Below are positions 1 to 8,245 of a stretch of DNA of 24,527 nt, one piece after another (within the stretch, counting starts at the first letter, position 1; every line of letters begins with the position of its first letter). The DNA comes from Candidatus Fermentibacteraceae bacterium (GTDB lineage: Bacteria > Fermentibacterota > Fermentibacteria > Fermentibacterales > JCC-6), in assembly GCA_041686025.1 (NCBI GenBank), contig JAWLEP010000009.1, positions 44,309 through 68,835 of the forward strand, given 5' to 3'. The notes under the pieces were generated by a model, which made no database searches, had not been told where the DNA came from, and was given only the letters and a program-made list of their open reading frames with translations. Position numbers and translations under genes: made by a program.

Positions 1-24
1 TTTTGTGTGCCTGGGTTACGCTAC

Positions 25-48
25 GCCGGGAGGCCGGTGCCCCCCGGC
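25..48 (-). terminator. GC-rich hairpin downstream of the minus-strand operon (possible terminator or mRNA 3' stabiliser)
   Basis: Minus strand reads GCCGGGGGGC-ACCG-GCCTCCCGGC, a 10-bp stem with one G-U pair, about 55 nt past the biotin carrier stop. No U-tract. Confidence 0.3.
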
Positions 49-77
49 AAATGCCCTACCCCGCAACCGTTCAATTC

Positions 78-111
78 AAGTGCCTGGCACTTTCATTGGC
101 ACTTTCATTGG
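78..111. repeat. 12-bp tandem direct repeat overlapping a short palindrome
   Basis: TGGCACTTTCAT at 85-96 and 97-108, then TGG at 109-111. Inverted repeat AAGTGCC-T-GGCACTT at 78-92. The second unit contains the stop codon of the biotin carrier gene. Confidence 0.8.
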
Positions 112-425
112 GACTGGGTGATGCGGACCAGCAGCTGGCCCTTCTCCACGCGGTCGCCGGCCTCCACGGCAACCTCCTCCACCCTGCCGTCCACCTCGGC
201 GCAGACCTCGTTGTGCATCTTCATGGCGTCCAGCAGCAGCAGCACGTCGCCGTCCTCGACGGTGTCGCCCGGAGCCGTCCGGACCTCCACCACCGTGCCG
301 GGAATGACGGCCCGGACCTCGCCGAGGTCGGTGGACCCCCGGAAGGGGGTCACCGAGCCCTCGGGGACCTCGGTGGTGTAGGTGGTGTAGTCGATGTTCA
401 GCCTGCCCAGCTCTTCGTCTTTCAT
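105..425 (-). CDS. Biotin carboxyl carrier protein (biotinyl domain), 106 aa
   Basis: Biotinylation motif DAMKMHNEV (canonical EAMKMxNE), IPGTVVEV...GDTV..GD and V..GDRV..GQLL. Lies 9 nt downstream of the carboxyltransferase gene with a GGGGG SD-like sequence. Confidence 0.93.
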   Translation of the reverse strand: MKDEELGRLNIDYTTYTTEVPEGSVTPFRGSTDLGEVRAVIPGTVVEVRTAPGDTVEDGDVLLLLDAMKMHNEVCAEVDGRVEEVAVEAGDRVEKGQLLVRITQSQ

Positions 426-434
426 GGCGTCCCC

Positions 435-1976
435 CTAAACCGGCATGTTGCCGTGGCGGCGGTCCTGCTGGTGCGGCCTGTCGGTCCTGGCGACCTTCAT
501 GGCCTTCAGAAGGGCGCTGCGGGTGGCCGACGGCCTCTCCACCACGTCCACGTAGCCGCGGGAGGCGGCCTTGTAGGGGTTGGCGAACTCCTTCTCGTAC
601 TCCTCGATCTTCTGCCTGCGCAGCTTCTCGGGGTCCTCGGCAGCCGCTATCTCTTTGCGGAAGATGATGTTGGCGGCTCCCTCGGAGCCCATCACCGCGA
701 TCTCCGCGGTGGGCCAGGCTATGACGAAGTCGGCCCCCAGGTGACGGCTGCACATGGCGATGTAGGCACCGCCGTAAGCCTTGCGCATGATCACCGTCAT
801 CTTGGGCACCGTGGCCTCGCTGTAGGAGTAGAGGATCTTCGCCCCGTGGCGGATCACCCCCGCGTACTCCTGATCGGTGCCGGGAAGGTAGCCGGGGGTA
901 TCCACGAAGGTGATCAGGGGTATGCGGAAGGAATCGCAGAAGCGGATGAAGCGGGCGGCCTTGTCGGAGGCGTCCACGTCCAGCACCCCGGCCAGGACCC
1001 GGGGCTGGTTGGCCACCACTCCCACGGTCCTGCCGCCCAGGCGGCCGAAGCCGATGACGATGTTCCGTGCGTAGTGCTCCTGCACCTCGAAGAAGTCGGA
1101 GTCGTCCAGCACTCCGCGGACGATGTCCTTCACCGAGTAGGCCATGCGCCTGTCGTCGGGTATCACGTGGTCTCCCAGGGGATGGCGGGGCTCGGCGGGC
1201 GGAACCGCCGGGGGGTCCTCACCGGAGTGGGAGGGAAGGAAGGACAGCAGCCGGCGTATCTGCTCGAACGCCTCCTGCTCGCTCTCGGCGAAGAAGTGGG
1301 CGTTGCCCGTTATGGCGGCCTGCGTCCTTGCTCCGCCCAGCTCCTCCTGGCTTATCTCCTCCCCCAGAACCGACTTGATCACCTGGGGGCCGGTGATGAA
1401 CATCTTGGATATCTTGTCCACCACGAAGACGAAGTCGGTGAGGGCGGGGGAGTACACGGCGCCGCCGGCGCAGGGGCCCAGTATCACCGAGATCTGGGGC
1501 ACCACGCCGCTGAGGATCGTGTTCCTGTAGAAGATGTCGCCGTAGCCGCACAGGGAATCCACGCCCTCCTGTATCCGGGCGCCGCCGGAGTCGTTGATGC
1601 CCACCAGGGGCATCTTCATCTTCCCGGCGATGTCCATCACCTTGGTGATCTTGGCCGCGTGCATCTTTCCCAGCGAGCCGCCGGCCACGGTGAAGTCCTG
1701 GGCGAATACGGCCACCGGCCGCTGGTCCACGCTGCCGTAGCCGGTTATGACGCCGTCCCCCGCCAGCTTCTTCTTGTCCAGGCCGAAGTCCCTGCCGGCG
1801 TGCTCCACGAAGATGTCGGTCTCCAGGAAGCTCTCGGAATCCAGCAGGTAGGCGATCCGCTCGCGGGCGGTGAGCTTGCCCCGCTTCTTCTGCTTCGCCA
1901 CCGCCTCTTCGCCCCCGCCCATGATCAGCCGGGAGACCCTCTTCAGGAAATCGTTGATCTTGTTGGCTATGGACAT
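435..1976 (-). CDS. Acyl-CoA carboxyltransferase subunit (propionyl-CoA carboxylase beta / methylmalonyl-CoA decarboxylase alpha family), 513 aa
   Basis: Motifs GKLTARERI, GDGVITGYG, QDFTVAGGSLG, NDSGGARIQEGV, GPCAGGAVYSPA, DTPGYLPG, RKAYGGAY, AVMGSEGA and terminal RHGNMPV. Confidence 0.95.
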   Translation of the reverse strand: MSIANKINDFLKRVSRLIMGGGEEAVAKQKKRGKLTARERIAYLLDSESFLETDIFVEHAGRDFGLDKKKLAGDGVITGYGSVDQRPVAVFAQDFTVAGGSLGKMHAAKITKVMDIAGKMKMPLVGINDSGGARIQEGVDSLCGYGDIFYRNTILSGVVPQISVILGPCAGGAVYSPALTDFVFVVDKISKMFITGPQVIKSVLGEEISQEELGGARTQAAITGNAHFFAESEQEAFEQIRRLLSFLPSHSGEDPPAVPPAEPRHPLGDHVIPDDRRMAYSVKDIVRGVLDDSDFFEVQEHYARNIVIGFGRLGGRTVGVVANQPRVLAGVLDVDASDKAARFIRFCDSFRIPLITFVDTPGYLPGTDQEYAGVIRHGAKILYSYSEATVPKMTVIMRKAYGGAYIAMCSRHLGADFVIAWPTAEIAVMGSEGAANIIFRKEIAAAEDPEKLRRQKIEEYEKEFANPYKAASRGYVDVVERPSATRSALLKAMKVARTDRPHQQDRRHGNMPV

Positions 1977-2025
1977 CTCAACCCCTTAGAGTGTTTATTG
2001 CAGGAATGTCCTGTAAATACTTGAC

Positions 2026-4479
2026 CTATGTACCTGAATCCTTAACCCCATCCGCCATGCTGTCAAGAAAGCCCCCCCCCAGAATCTCCGCCAGCTCCAG
2101 CCGGCGGACGGCGGGGGGAGGAAGGGGCGCCTCCGACTCAGCCATCCGCGAGTACAGGGCGGCGGCCTCCGCCATGGCCCCCTGCTCCCACAGGAGGTCG
2201 GCCAGGGCCAGATTCCCGGGGACGTAGTCGGGGGAGAGCCGCACCGCTTCCCGCAGGAAGGACGCGGCCTCCCGCGGGCTTCCGGTCTCCCGCAGGGCTA
2301 TACCCATGGAGTAGAGGCTGAAGGGCGCCGGCCTGGCGCCGATGGCGCGATGAGCCGTGGCCGCGGCACCCTCACCATTGCCCCCCATGGCCTGCAGGAC
2401 GGACAGGGAGGCCAGCTGCCAGGGCGCCGTCGGGCCCGGGTCCAGGGCCGCGGAGGCGGTGGACAGCGCCGAGTCCCGCAGCCCGCAGCACCAGAGGGCG
2501 GAGGCCCGGGCCGAAAGGGCCGTGCCGGACTCCGACCCCGGCCGCCGGGCCAGCTCCAGCATTCCGGGCTTCATCACCCAGGGAAGCCTGGGCTCGGGGA
2601 GGACGCTGTCCCGGGCCAGGACCGAGGCTGCGTTCACCAGCACCGGATCGCCGGAGAGACGGGCTGCATCCAGCGCCCCCTCCGGCCGTCCGTCCCGGAA
2701 CCTGCTCCAGCAGGCGGCGGTGGCCGCTGCCGGGTCCGGAGAGTCGGAAAGCTCCTCCCCCGGGGTCAGGGCCGAGACCATGCTCCCCCGCAGCCTGGCG
2801 TTGTCCAGGGATTCCGCCAGGGCAAGGGCCCGCCGGGTGTCTCCCTCCGCCTGCCGCAGCAGCGCCAGGGACAGCGTGGCGTCCTCCAGGCCGAGGTCCG
2901 AGGCCCGCTGCAGCTCCGGCTCCAGGCCCGCCGGCAGCAGATAGGCCGGGGTCTGCAGCAGGTCGCCGGACCGCAGCGGGTCGAGCCTTCGGAACCCCAG
3001 GGAATCCAGCCCGGTGCGCAGCAGCAGGTCCTCCCTGGCGTAGGTCACGGCTACGCCGTCCCAGTGGACGGCCCTCCAGAAGGGAAGGTCTGCCAGGAGG
3101 TAGGCCACCGAGCCGGGAGAGGAGGGCCAGTGGACCACGGCCAGGTCGATGTCCCGGGCCACGAGCACCCCGGCCTGCACCGGAAGGGCCTCGGTGCGGG
3201 AAGCCGGAGCGGCCATGGCCAGGTACTCGGCGTAGAACTGCTCGGGGTAGAGCAGGCAGCGGCCGTCCATGTAGAGGGGAAGCCTCTCTCCGAACCTGTA
3301 CTCCAGGTAGCCGGCAACCTCGTGGGTGTTGAACAGGGTGCCCTGCAGCAGGCCCGGGTGGTCCTGCAGGAACTCGGCGGTCTCCCGGGGGTAGATGCTC
3401 CAGTCCACGGAGAGCGAGAGGGGCCGGGAGGGGCCCACCTCCCGGGGGACGCCGAATGCGAAGGGAACCGCCGCGGCCGCCGCCAGGAGCCCTCCGGCCA
3501 GCCAGCCGCTCACCCTCCCCGAAGCCAGGGGCGCCAGCCAGGCCAGGCCGGCCATGGAGAGCAGCTCGATGTTGCGCGAAGCCGCTGCCGAGGCCGCGGT
3601 GAGCAGGACGAGGCCCAGGACCACGGAGGGCCTCACCCGTCTTCTGCGCCGCCACAGAAGGACGGCGGCCAGCAGGGTAAGGCCCACCAGGACCAGGGCG
3701 GTCCTGGAGACGGGCAGCCCCGGCTGATAGCGGGGGTCGAAGGGGCTCCACCACTCCCGTATGGTCTGCCGGAACAGGGGCTGGGAGAAGAAGCCGGTGA
3801 GGTAGCGCAGCGATCCCGGTCCGTTGGGATGCACGGCGGAGACCGCCAGGGAGGCAATGGGCAGAGGCGCCCAGCGGAGCCCCCGGTGCCACCTTCGGCC
3901 GGCCAGGTCGTCGGCCAGGGGAAGGGCCAGCAGGAACGGCCCCATCACGAAGCCCGCGTGGCAGTTGGCCCAGAGGATCTGCAGCGGGAGGAACACGGCC
4001 AGGCCCCACGCCCAGCCCCTGCTGCGGATCCGGGGGACCAGGTAGAGGTACAGCGAGAAGAAGAAGATGGTGGTCAGGTGGGGCCGGACGATCCACCGCG
4101 GATGGCTGAGACCCAGCCAGAGCACCCCCACCAGGGCCAGCGCCCGCCAGTCGGCCCCCCGCCTGCGGGCCTCCAGCCCGGCCAGCACGATGGCGGCGGC
4201 CACCAGAAGGGCCTTCAGCAGTATGGGGCCTACCTCTCCCCCCAGCCGCCAGGAGAGGGCCATGGCCACCTCGGCGCCCCATTCCTGCTGCAGCCACTCC
4301 CGGCCGCACATGGTGTGGGTGAAGGGGTCGGCCGTCCGCACGGTGCCGGAGTCGAGAATGTCCAGGCCGTTGCGCAGGTGCCAGAAGAAGTTGGCGTTGT
4401 GTATCGGCGTGAGGCTGTAGAGCACGCCCAGCGCCGCCAGGACAAGCACCGCCCCCAGAGCCTTCTTTCTAGTCGTCAC
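2026..4479 (-). CDS. Polytopic membrane protein, GT-C glycosyltransferase-like, with C-terminal TPR-like repeats, 817 aa
   Basis: Many hydrophobic segments in the first ~345 aa. Motifs FFWHLRNG, DPFT, EW, RP, LWANCHAGF, FN...AGYL and MDGR resemble a widespread GT-C-like membrane family. The C-terminal region (YSMGIALRETG...AASFLREAVRLSPDY...NLALADLLWEQG) is TPR-like. GTG start overlaps the upstream stop. Confidence 0.7.
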   Translation of the reverse strand: MTTRKKALGAVLVLAALGVLYSLTPIHNANFFWHLRNGLDILDSGTVRTADPFTHTMCGREWLQQEWGAEVAMALSWRLGGEVGPILLKALLVAAAIVLAGLEARRRGADWRALALVGVLWLGLSHPRWIVRPHLTTIFFFSLYLYLVPRIRSRGWAWGLAVFLPLQILWANCHAGFVMGPFLLALPLADDLAGRRWHRGLRWAPLPIASLAVSAVHPNGPGSLRYLTGFFSQPLFRQTIREWWSPFDPRYQPGLPVSRTALVLVGLTLLAAVLLWRRRRRVRPSVVLGLVLLTAASAAASRNIELLSMAGLAWLAPLASGRVSGWLAGGLLAAAAAVPFAFGVPREVGPSRPLSLSVDWSIYPRETAEFLQDHPGLLQGTLFNTHEVAGYLEYRFGERLPLYMDGRCLLYPEQFYAEYLAMAAPASRTEALPVQAGVLVARDIDLAVVHWPSSPGSVAYLLADLPFWRAVHWDGVAVTYAREDLLLRTGLDSLGFRRLDPLRSGDLLQTPAYLLPAGLEPELQRASDLGLEDATLSLALLRQAEGDTRRALALAESLDNARLRGSMVSALTPGEELSDSPDPAAATAACWSRFRDGRPEGALDAARLSGDPVLVNAASVLARDSVLPEPRLPWVMKPGMLELARRPGSESGTALSARASALWCCGLRDSALSTASAALDPGPTAPWQLASLSVLQAMGGNGEGAAATAHRAIGARPAPFSLYSMGIALRETGSPREAASFLREAVRLSPDYVPGNLALADLLWEQGAMAEAAALYSRMAESEAPLPPPAVRRLELAEILGGGFLDSMADGVKDSGT

Positions 4480-5953
4480 GGAGCAAATTCACCCTCTCCC
4501 TGGTCTCGCGGGTGGAGGCCAGGCTCTCCGCGGCGGCGAAGGCCCGGCCACGGTCCTCGCCCTCTTCGGCCAGGGCCCTTCTGAGCCAGCACTCCGCCAG
4601 CTGGTCCCTGGCCAGGGGATCGTCCGTTTCCGGCCGCTGGCTGAATACGTCGTAGGCGTCCCAGGGAAGGCCCGGCGGGTCCACGGTGAAGAGAAGGCCG
4701 TGGAGGGGCAGGCTTCTCCAGGCCCGGGTGGCATAGACCGGCCTGCCCCCCAGGCTGTCGGGAAGGTGTCCTGCAGGCGAGGCCAGCTTCAGACCGAACA
4801 GGTTGCCGTAGAGGTCGGCGGGCACCAGGTCGGGGCGGAGGTCCTCGGCCTCCAGGAGGTATGCGGCGTAGAAGGTCTGGTGGCCCACCGTGCAGTAGAC
4901 GCCCCCCGGACCCGCGGCCCTGGCCATGTCCGCCGCCACCGTCCTGGCGGCCCGGTCCCCGGGGCTCCAGGCCCCCGCCAGGCCAGCCACGGCCCCCGCC
5001 GTCACCACCGCCGCTGCCGGAACGTGGCCGCCTGCGGCCTGGCGGATCCTCGCAAGCCCTCCGGCCATCCACGGGGCCAGGGGCAGGAGCACCAGCCACC
5101 AGTAGGCGTACAGGTCGCGCACGTCGTAGGAGACTGCGAACAGCAGGGCCAGCCCGGCGGACAGCGGCAGCCTCCAGCCTTCGGGCCGCCCCAGCACCAG
5201 CAGCAACGCGGCGGCGGCCCCGAATACCGGCCCCAGGGCGCTCAGCAGCTGGACCAGCCTGCCGGCGGCGGGACCGGCCAGCCTTCCTCCGTACAGGCCC
5301 ATGTAGGAGAGCCAGTGGCCGAAAACGGCCGGTGAGGTGTAGTGCAGGAGGGTGGAGTCACCGGCCCTCAGCGGTACGTAGAGAAGCAGAGTCGCCGGCA
5401 GAAGGGCCGGCGCCAGCCGGGAGATTCCCCGGCGGCGGCCCAGGAAGGCCGGCAGCAGCAGCACCGAAACGGGATGCCCCCCGAATACGGCCAGCCCCAG
5501 CATGTAGGCCCCGGCGGGCCGGCGGCGCAGCATCAGGGCCAGGCTGCAGAGAAGCAGAGCGAGACCGTGCACCTCCAGCAGTTTCAGCTGGCCGAGCACC
5601 GGCGGGGCCAGCGTCACCAGAAGGGCCGTGCCCGCCGAGGATGCCGGGCTGCGGCGGAAGCTCCGCACCGCCCCGTACACCGCGGCGGCGGCCAGACCGG
5701 CGATTGCCGAGGTGAGCATTCGATGGCCCGCATAAGTGGACGCCCCGTCCAGCCGCAGCAGCATCAGTAGGAGCGGATAGCCCGGGGGATGGGCGATCTC
5801 CAGGCGGCTGCCGGCCAGCGACAGCTCCGCACCGTCCACGGCGTCGAAGGTCCGGGGGCCGCACACCAGCGCCGCCAGGCCCACCAGGAGGGCCATGGCC
5901 GCAGCCAGCGCGGCGTCTCTGCGGGAGAGCCGGACCGACGGGGCGGAGGGCAA
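4469..5953 (-). CDS. DUF2723 / TMEM260-like GT-C glycosyltransferase, about 494 aa
   Basis: Signature DGAEL...LEIAHPPGYPL (family pattern DSGEL...L.IAHPPGYP), EVH, LYVPLR and E.LRPD. Proposed true start is TTG at 5953, 2 nt after the upstream TAG and preceded by GGAAGGG. The first 297 codons of the 4469..6844 ORF overlap the neighbouring gene. Confidence 0.8.
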   Translation of the reverse strand: MPSAPSVRLSRRDAALAAAMALLVGLAALVCGPRTFDAVDGAELSLAGSRLEIAHPPGYPLLLMLLRLDGASTYAGHRMLTSAIAGLAAAAVYGAVRSFRRSPASSAGTALLVTLAPPVLGQLKLLEVHGLALLLCSLALMLRRRPAGAYMLGLAVFGGHPVSVLLLPAFLGRRRGISRLAPALLPATLLLYVPLRAGDSTLLHYTSPAVFGHWLSYMGLYGGRLAGPAAGRLVQLLSALGPVFGAAAALLLVLGRPEGWRLPLSAGLALLFAVSYDVRDLYAYWWLVLLPLAPWMAGGLARIRQAAGGHVPAAAVVTAGAVAGLAGAWSPGDRAARTVAADMARAAGPGGVYCTVGHQTFYAAYLLEAEDLRPDLVPADLYGNLFGLKLASPAGHLPDSLGGRPVYATRAWRSLPLHGLLFTVDPPGLPWDAYDVFSQRPETDDPLARDQLAECWLRRALAEEGEDRGRAFAAAESLASTRETRERVNLLRDD

Positions 5954-5955
5954 GC

Positions 5956-8244
5956 CTACCCTTCCGTCGCGGCTGCAGTGAGCGAGTCCAGCCTTCCCGA
6001 CAGCTCGGGCAGCTCCGGTATGGCCCGCAGACGTTCGGCAGCCTCCTCGGTCCTTCCCATGCCCGTCATGGCGGCGGCCAGGTACACCCTGAGCATGGTG
6101 TCGCCGGGGAACCGCCTCAGGCCGTACTCGGCGGCAGCCTCCAGCCTCGGCCAGGAGCCCGTCTCCACCGCCGCGGCGCAGGCCAGCTCGAACATCCTTC
6201 GAGACGGCCGCAGGGTTGCAGCAATTCCCCGCTCGGCCATCAGCATGGCCCTGGGGTAGTCCCCGTCTCTGAGGTACCACAGCGAGGCCAGCTCCAGCAC
6301 GTCCGCGGACTCCGGCCTGATCTGCAGGCACAGCTCCAGGAGGTCGCGTCTGTCGGGGGACCTTCCGGCCAGCAGAGGCGCCCGCAGGCGGGCGGTCATC
6401 AGGTCCATGTCGGCCCCCAGCCGGGACTCTGCCAGCCCGTAGAGGGAGTCGTAGTCCGCCCCGGCCATGGCGGCGGTGGTCACCGCCCAGGCCAGCTGAC
6501 TGCTTCCCGCGCTGGGATGGGAGGCGGCCAGCCTGCCGTAGCGCCAGGCCCCGGAGGTGTCGCCGGCGGCTATCAGAACCCGCGAGTAGGCTGTGTGCAG
6601 CCTGGGGACGGGACCGAGCTCCTCCATCATGGACCGAAGCAGTGTGGTGTCCCGCCTGGCGGTGGCATTTGCCAGCACCGCCGTGATCAGGGCATCCCCC
6701 TCGTCCCGGCGGGAGAGGGAGCGGAGGAGGTCCAGCCGCTCCTGCAGCTCTCCGGGAGAGAGGTTCCGCATCTCCAGGTTGAGGCCTACCCGCAGCAGCT
6801 CGGAGCAGGTGTCGCCCCTGGCGGTGGCCACCCGGTAGGCCCACCTCGACCGGTGCGTCATGCCCAGCAGATGGGCCGACTCCGAGAAGCGCATGAGCTC
6901 GTCGTCCGCCGCCGCCATCCCCATGCTTCCCAAATGGGCGTGCGCCGTTCTGCCGCTGTGGGAGAAGTACCGGTTCTCCCGGCTTCTTCCCTCCGCAGGA
7001 GAGGTGGGCTCTCCCGGGGCCAGGACCAGGGCCGCCGCCAGGGCCGGAAGGGCCAGGGCCGCCGCCGTCCGCCTGCGCCGGGGCAGTCCCGCCAGGGCGG
7101 CGGGCAGGGCCAGGAGGAGCAGCATGGAGGTCTTTACCGGGTCAAGAACCGGGGCCGCAGCCAGCAGGAACAGGGCGGGGTATCCCAGAATCCGGGACAG
7201 CCTCGCAGGCCCCGGCAGGTGGAGCAGCGCCGCCGCCAGCCCCGCCGCCACCAGGGTGGTCCATCCCGCGGCCGCTGCGGTGAGCAGGCCCGCCGCCAGC
7301 AGGGCGGCCCGCACTCCGCCGCCGCCCTTGCGGAGCCCGGCAGAGGCCGCCACCAGGCATCCGGCCAGCAGCGCCCCGATTACGGCCCAGAGGTCGGCGA
7401 AGGAAAGCACCGACCCGGAGAGGGCGGCCACAAGGGCCGCCGCGGTGCCGGCCAGGCAGGCCAGGTATGCCTCGGGTCTGGCCGCAATGGTCGTGCGGGC
7501 CATCTCCCACAGGTCCCGGGACACCGCCCGCAGCAGCAGCAGGCCGAAGAGCACCGTGGGCAGCATGTCCACCAGGAAGACGGTCATGTGCGCCCCGCCG
7601 AAGAGGACGGGCTCGGTGGACACCCGCCACTGGAAGTACATCTGGGCCTCGCCGGCGTTGAAGAAGAGGCCGGAGGTGAGTATCTGCACCAGGTGGGGCC
7701 AGGTGAAGAACATCAGGAACACCGGAGCGAAGAGCACGGTGGTAGCCAGGCCCCTGAGGAAGCGTGCGGTCCTGGCGATGGTACCCACGAAGACGCCGGC
7801 CAGAATGCACCCTATGGCGGCCTCTATGCGGATGCCGGCCGTGGTGCCGGTGAGCTCCACCGCTGGGTTGAAGAAGTTCAGCAGGAAGTGGGCCGCGTTG
7901 CCCCTCTGCAGGGGGAAGTAGCCTATGGCCGTGGACGTGCCCACCATCAGGTCCACCAGCGGCGGGAGCAGGGTGAGGGTCCAGGTGAGCACCATGACCT
8001 TCAGCAGCCGTCCGGCGGGGTAGCCCGAGAGCACGTGGAGCAGCCAGGTGAGCGTGACCATGGGGAAGACGTAGGCTATGGGGAAGTGGAACACGAAGGC
8101 GCTGGAGTGGAATATCCCCGCAGTGGCCTCCGCCTCCAGCAGGTTCCTGACGATCACCGTCGCCGCGAAGAGGGCGGCCAGCCGGGCCGGGGTGGCCGGA
8201 AGCCCCTCCCCCCATCGCAGCAGGGCCATTACGATCCTGCGCAC
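5956..8244 (-). CDS. Large polytopic membrane protein with C-terminal helical/TPR-like soluble domain, 762 aa, function unknown
   Basis: About 410 aa of mostly hydrophobic segments with conserved-looking motifs (IVRNLLE, LLPPLVDL, IGYF, GTTAGIRIE), then an Ala/Leu-rich helical region with TPR-like patterns. Spacing to neighbours is 1-2 nt, implying an operon. Confidence 0.75.
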   Translation of the reverse strand: MRRIVMALLRWGEGLPATPARLAALFAATVIVRNLLEAEATAGIFHSSAFVFHFPIAYVFPMVTLTWLLHVLSGYPAGRLLKVMVLTWTLTLLPPLVDLMVGTSTAIGYFPLQRGNAAHFLLNFFNPAVELTGTTAGIRIEAAIGCILAGVFVGTIARTARFLRGLATTVLFAPVFLMFFTWPHLVQILTSGLFFNAGEAQMYFQWRVSTEPVLFGGAHMTVFLVDMLPTVLFGLLLLRAVSRDLWEMARTTIAARPEAYLACLAGTAAALVAALSGSVLSFADLWAVIGALLAGCLVAASAGLRKGGGGVRAALLAAGLLTAAAAGWTTLVAAGLAAALLHLPGPARLSRILGYPALFLLAAAPVLDPVKTSMLLLLALPAALAGLPRRRRTAAALALPALAAALVLAPGEPTSPAEGRSRENRYFSHSGRTAHAHLGSMGMAAADDELMRFSESAHLLGMTHRSRWAYRVATARGDTCSELLRVGLNLEMRNLSPGELQERLDLLRSLSRRDEGDALITAVLANATARRDTTLLRSMMEELGPVPRLHTAYSRVLIAAGDTSGAWRYGRLAASHPSAGSSQLAWAVTTAAMAGADYDSLYGLAESRLGADMDLMTARLRAPLLAGRSPDRRDLLELCLQIRPESADVLELASLWYLRDGDYPRAMLMAERGIAATLRPSRRMFELACAAAVETGSWPRLEAAAEYGLRRFPGDTMLRVYLAAAMTGMGRTEEAAERLRAIPELPELSGRLDSLTAAATEG

Positions 8245-8245
8245 C

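Noticed and set aside
85..111. Sigma-54 promoter TGGCAC-N5-TTGG
   Set aside because: The invariant -12 GC is GG in both copies, and the site would fire antisense into the biotin carrier gene.
2001..2013. Small inverted repeat CAGGA-ATG-TCCTG in the AT-rich gap upstream of the carboxyltransferase
   Set aside because: Only 5 bp per arm and no convincing promoter spacing nearby; indistinguishable from chance.
3..2024. Long antisense ORFs (3..2024, 2350..4584, 6517..8301, 9224..10957, 12920..14866, 21027..22466, 22234..24381)
   Set aside because: These are shadow ORFs expected opposite high-GC genes. They show no recognisable motifs and each mirrors a well-supported gene.
5954..6844. N-terminal extension of the 791-aa ORF 4469..6844
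   Set aside because: It overlaps the 5956..8244 gene in another frame with low-complexity composition; a TTG with an SD-like sequence at 5953 gives a clean DUF2723-like protein.
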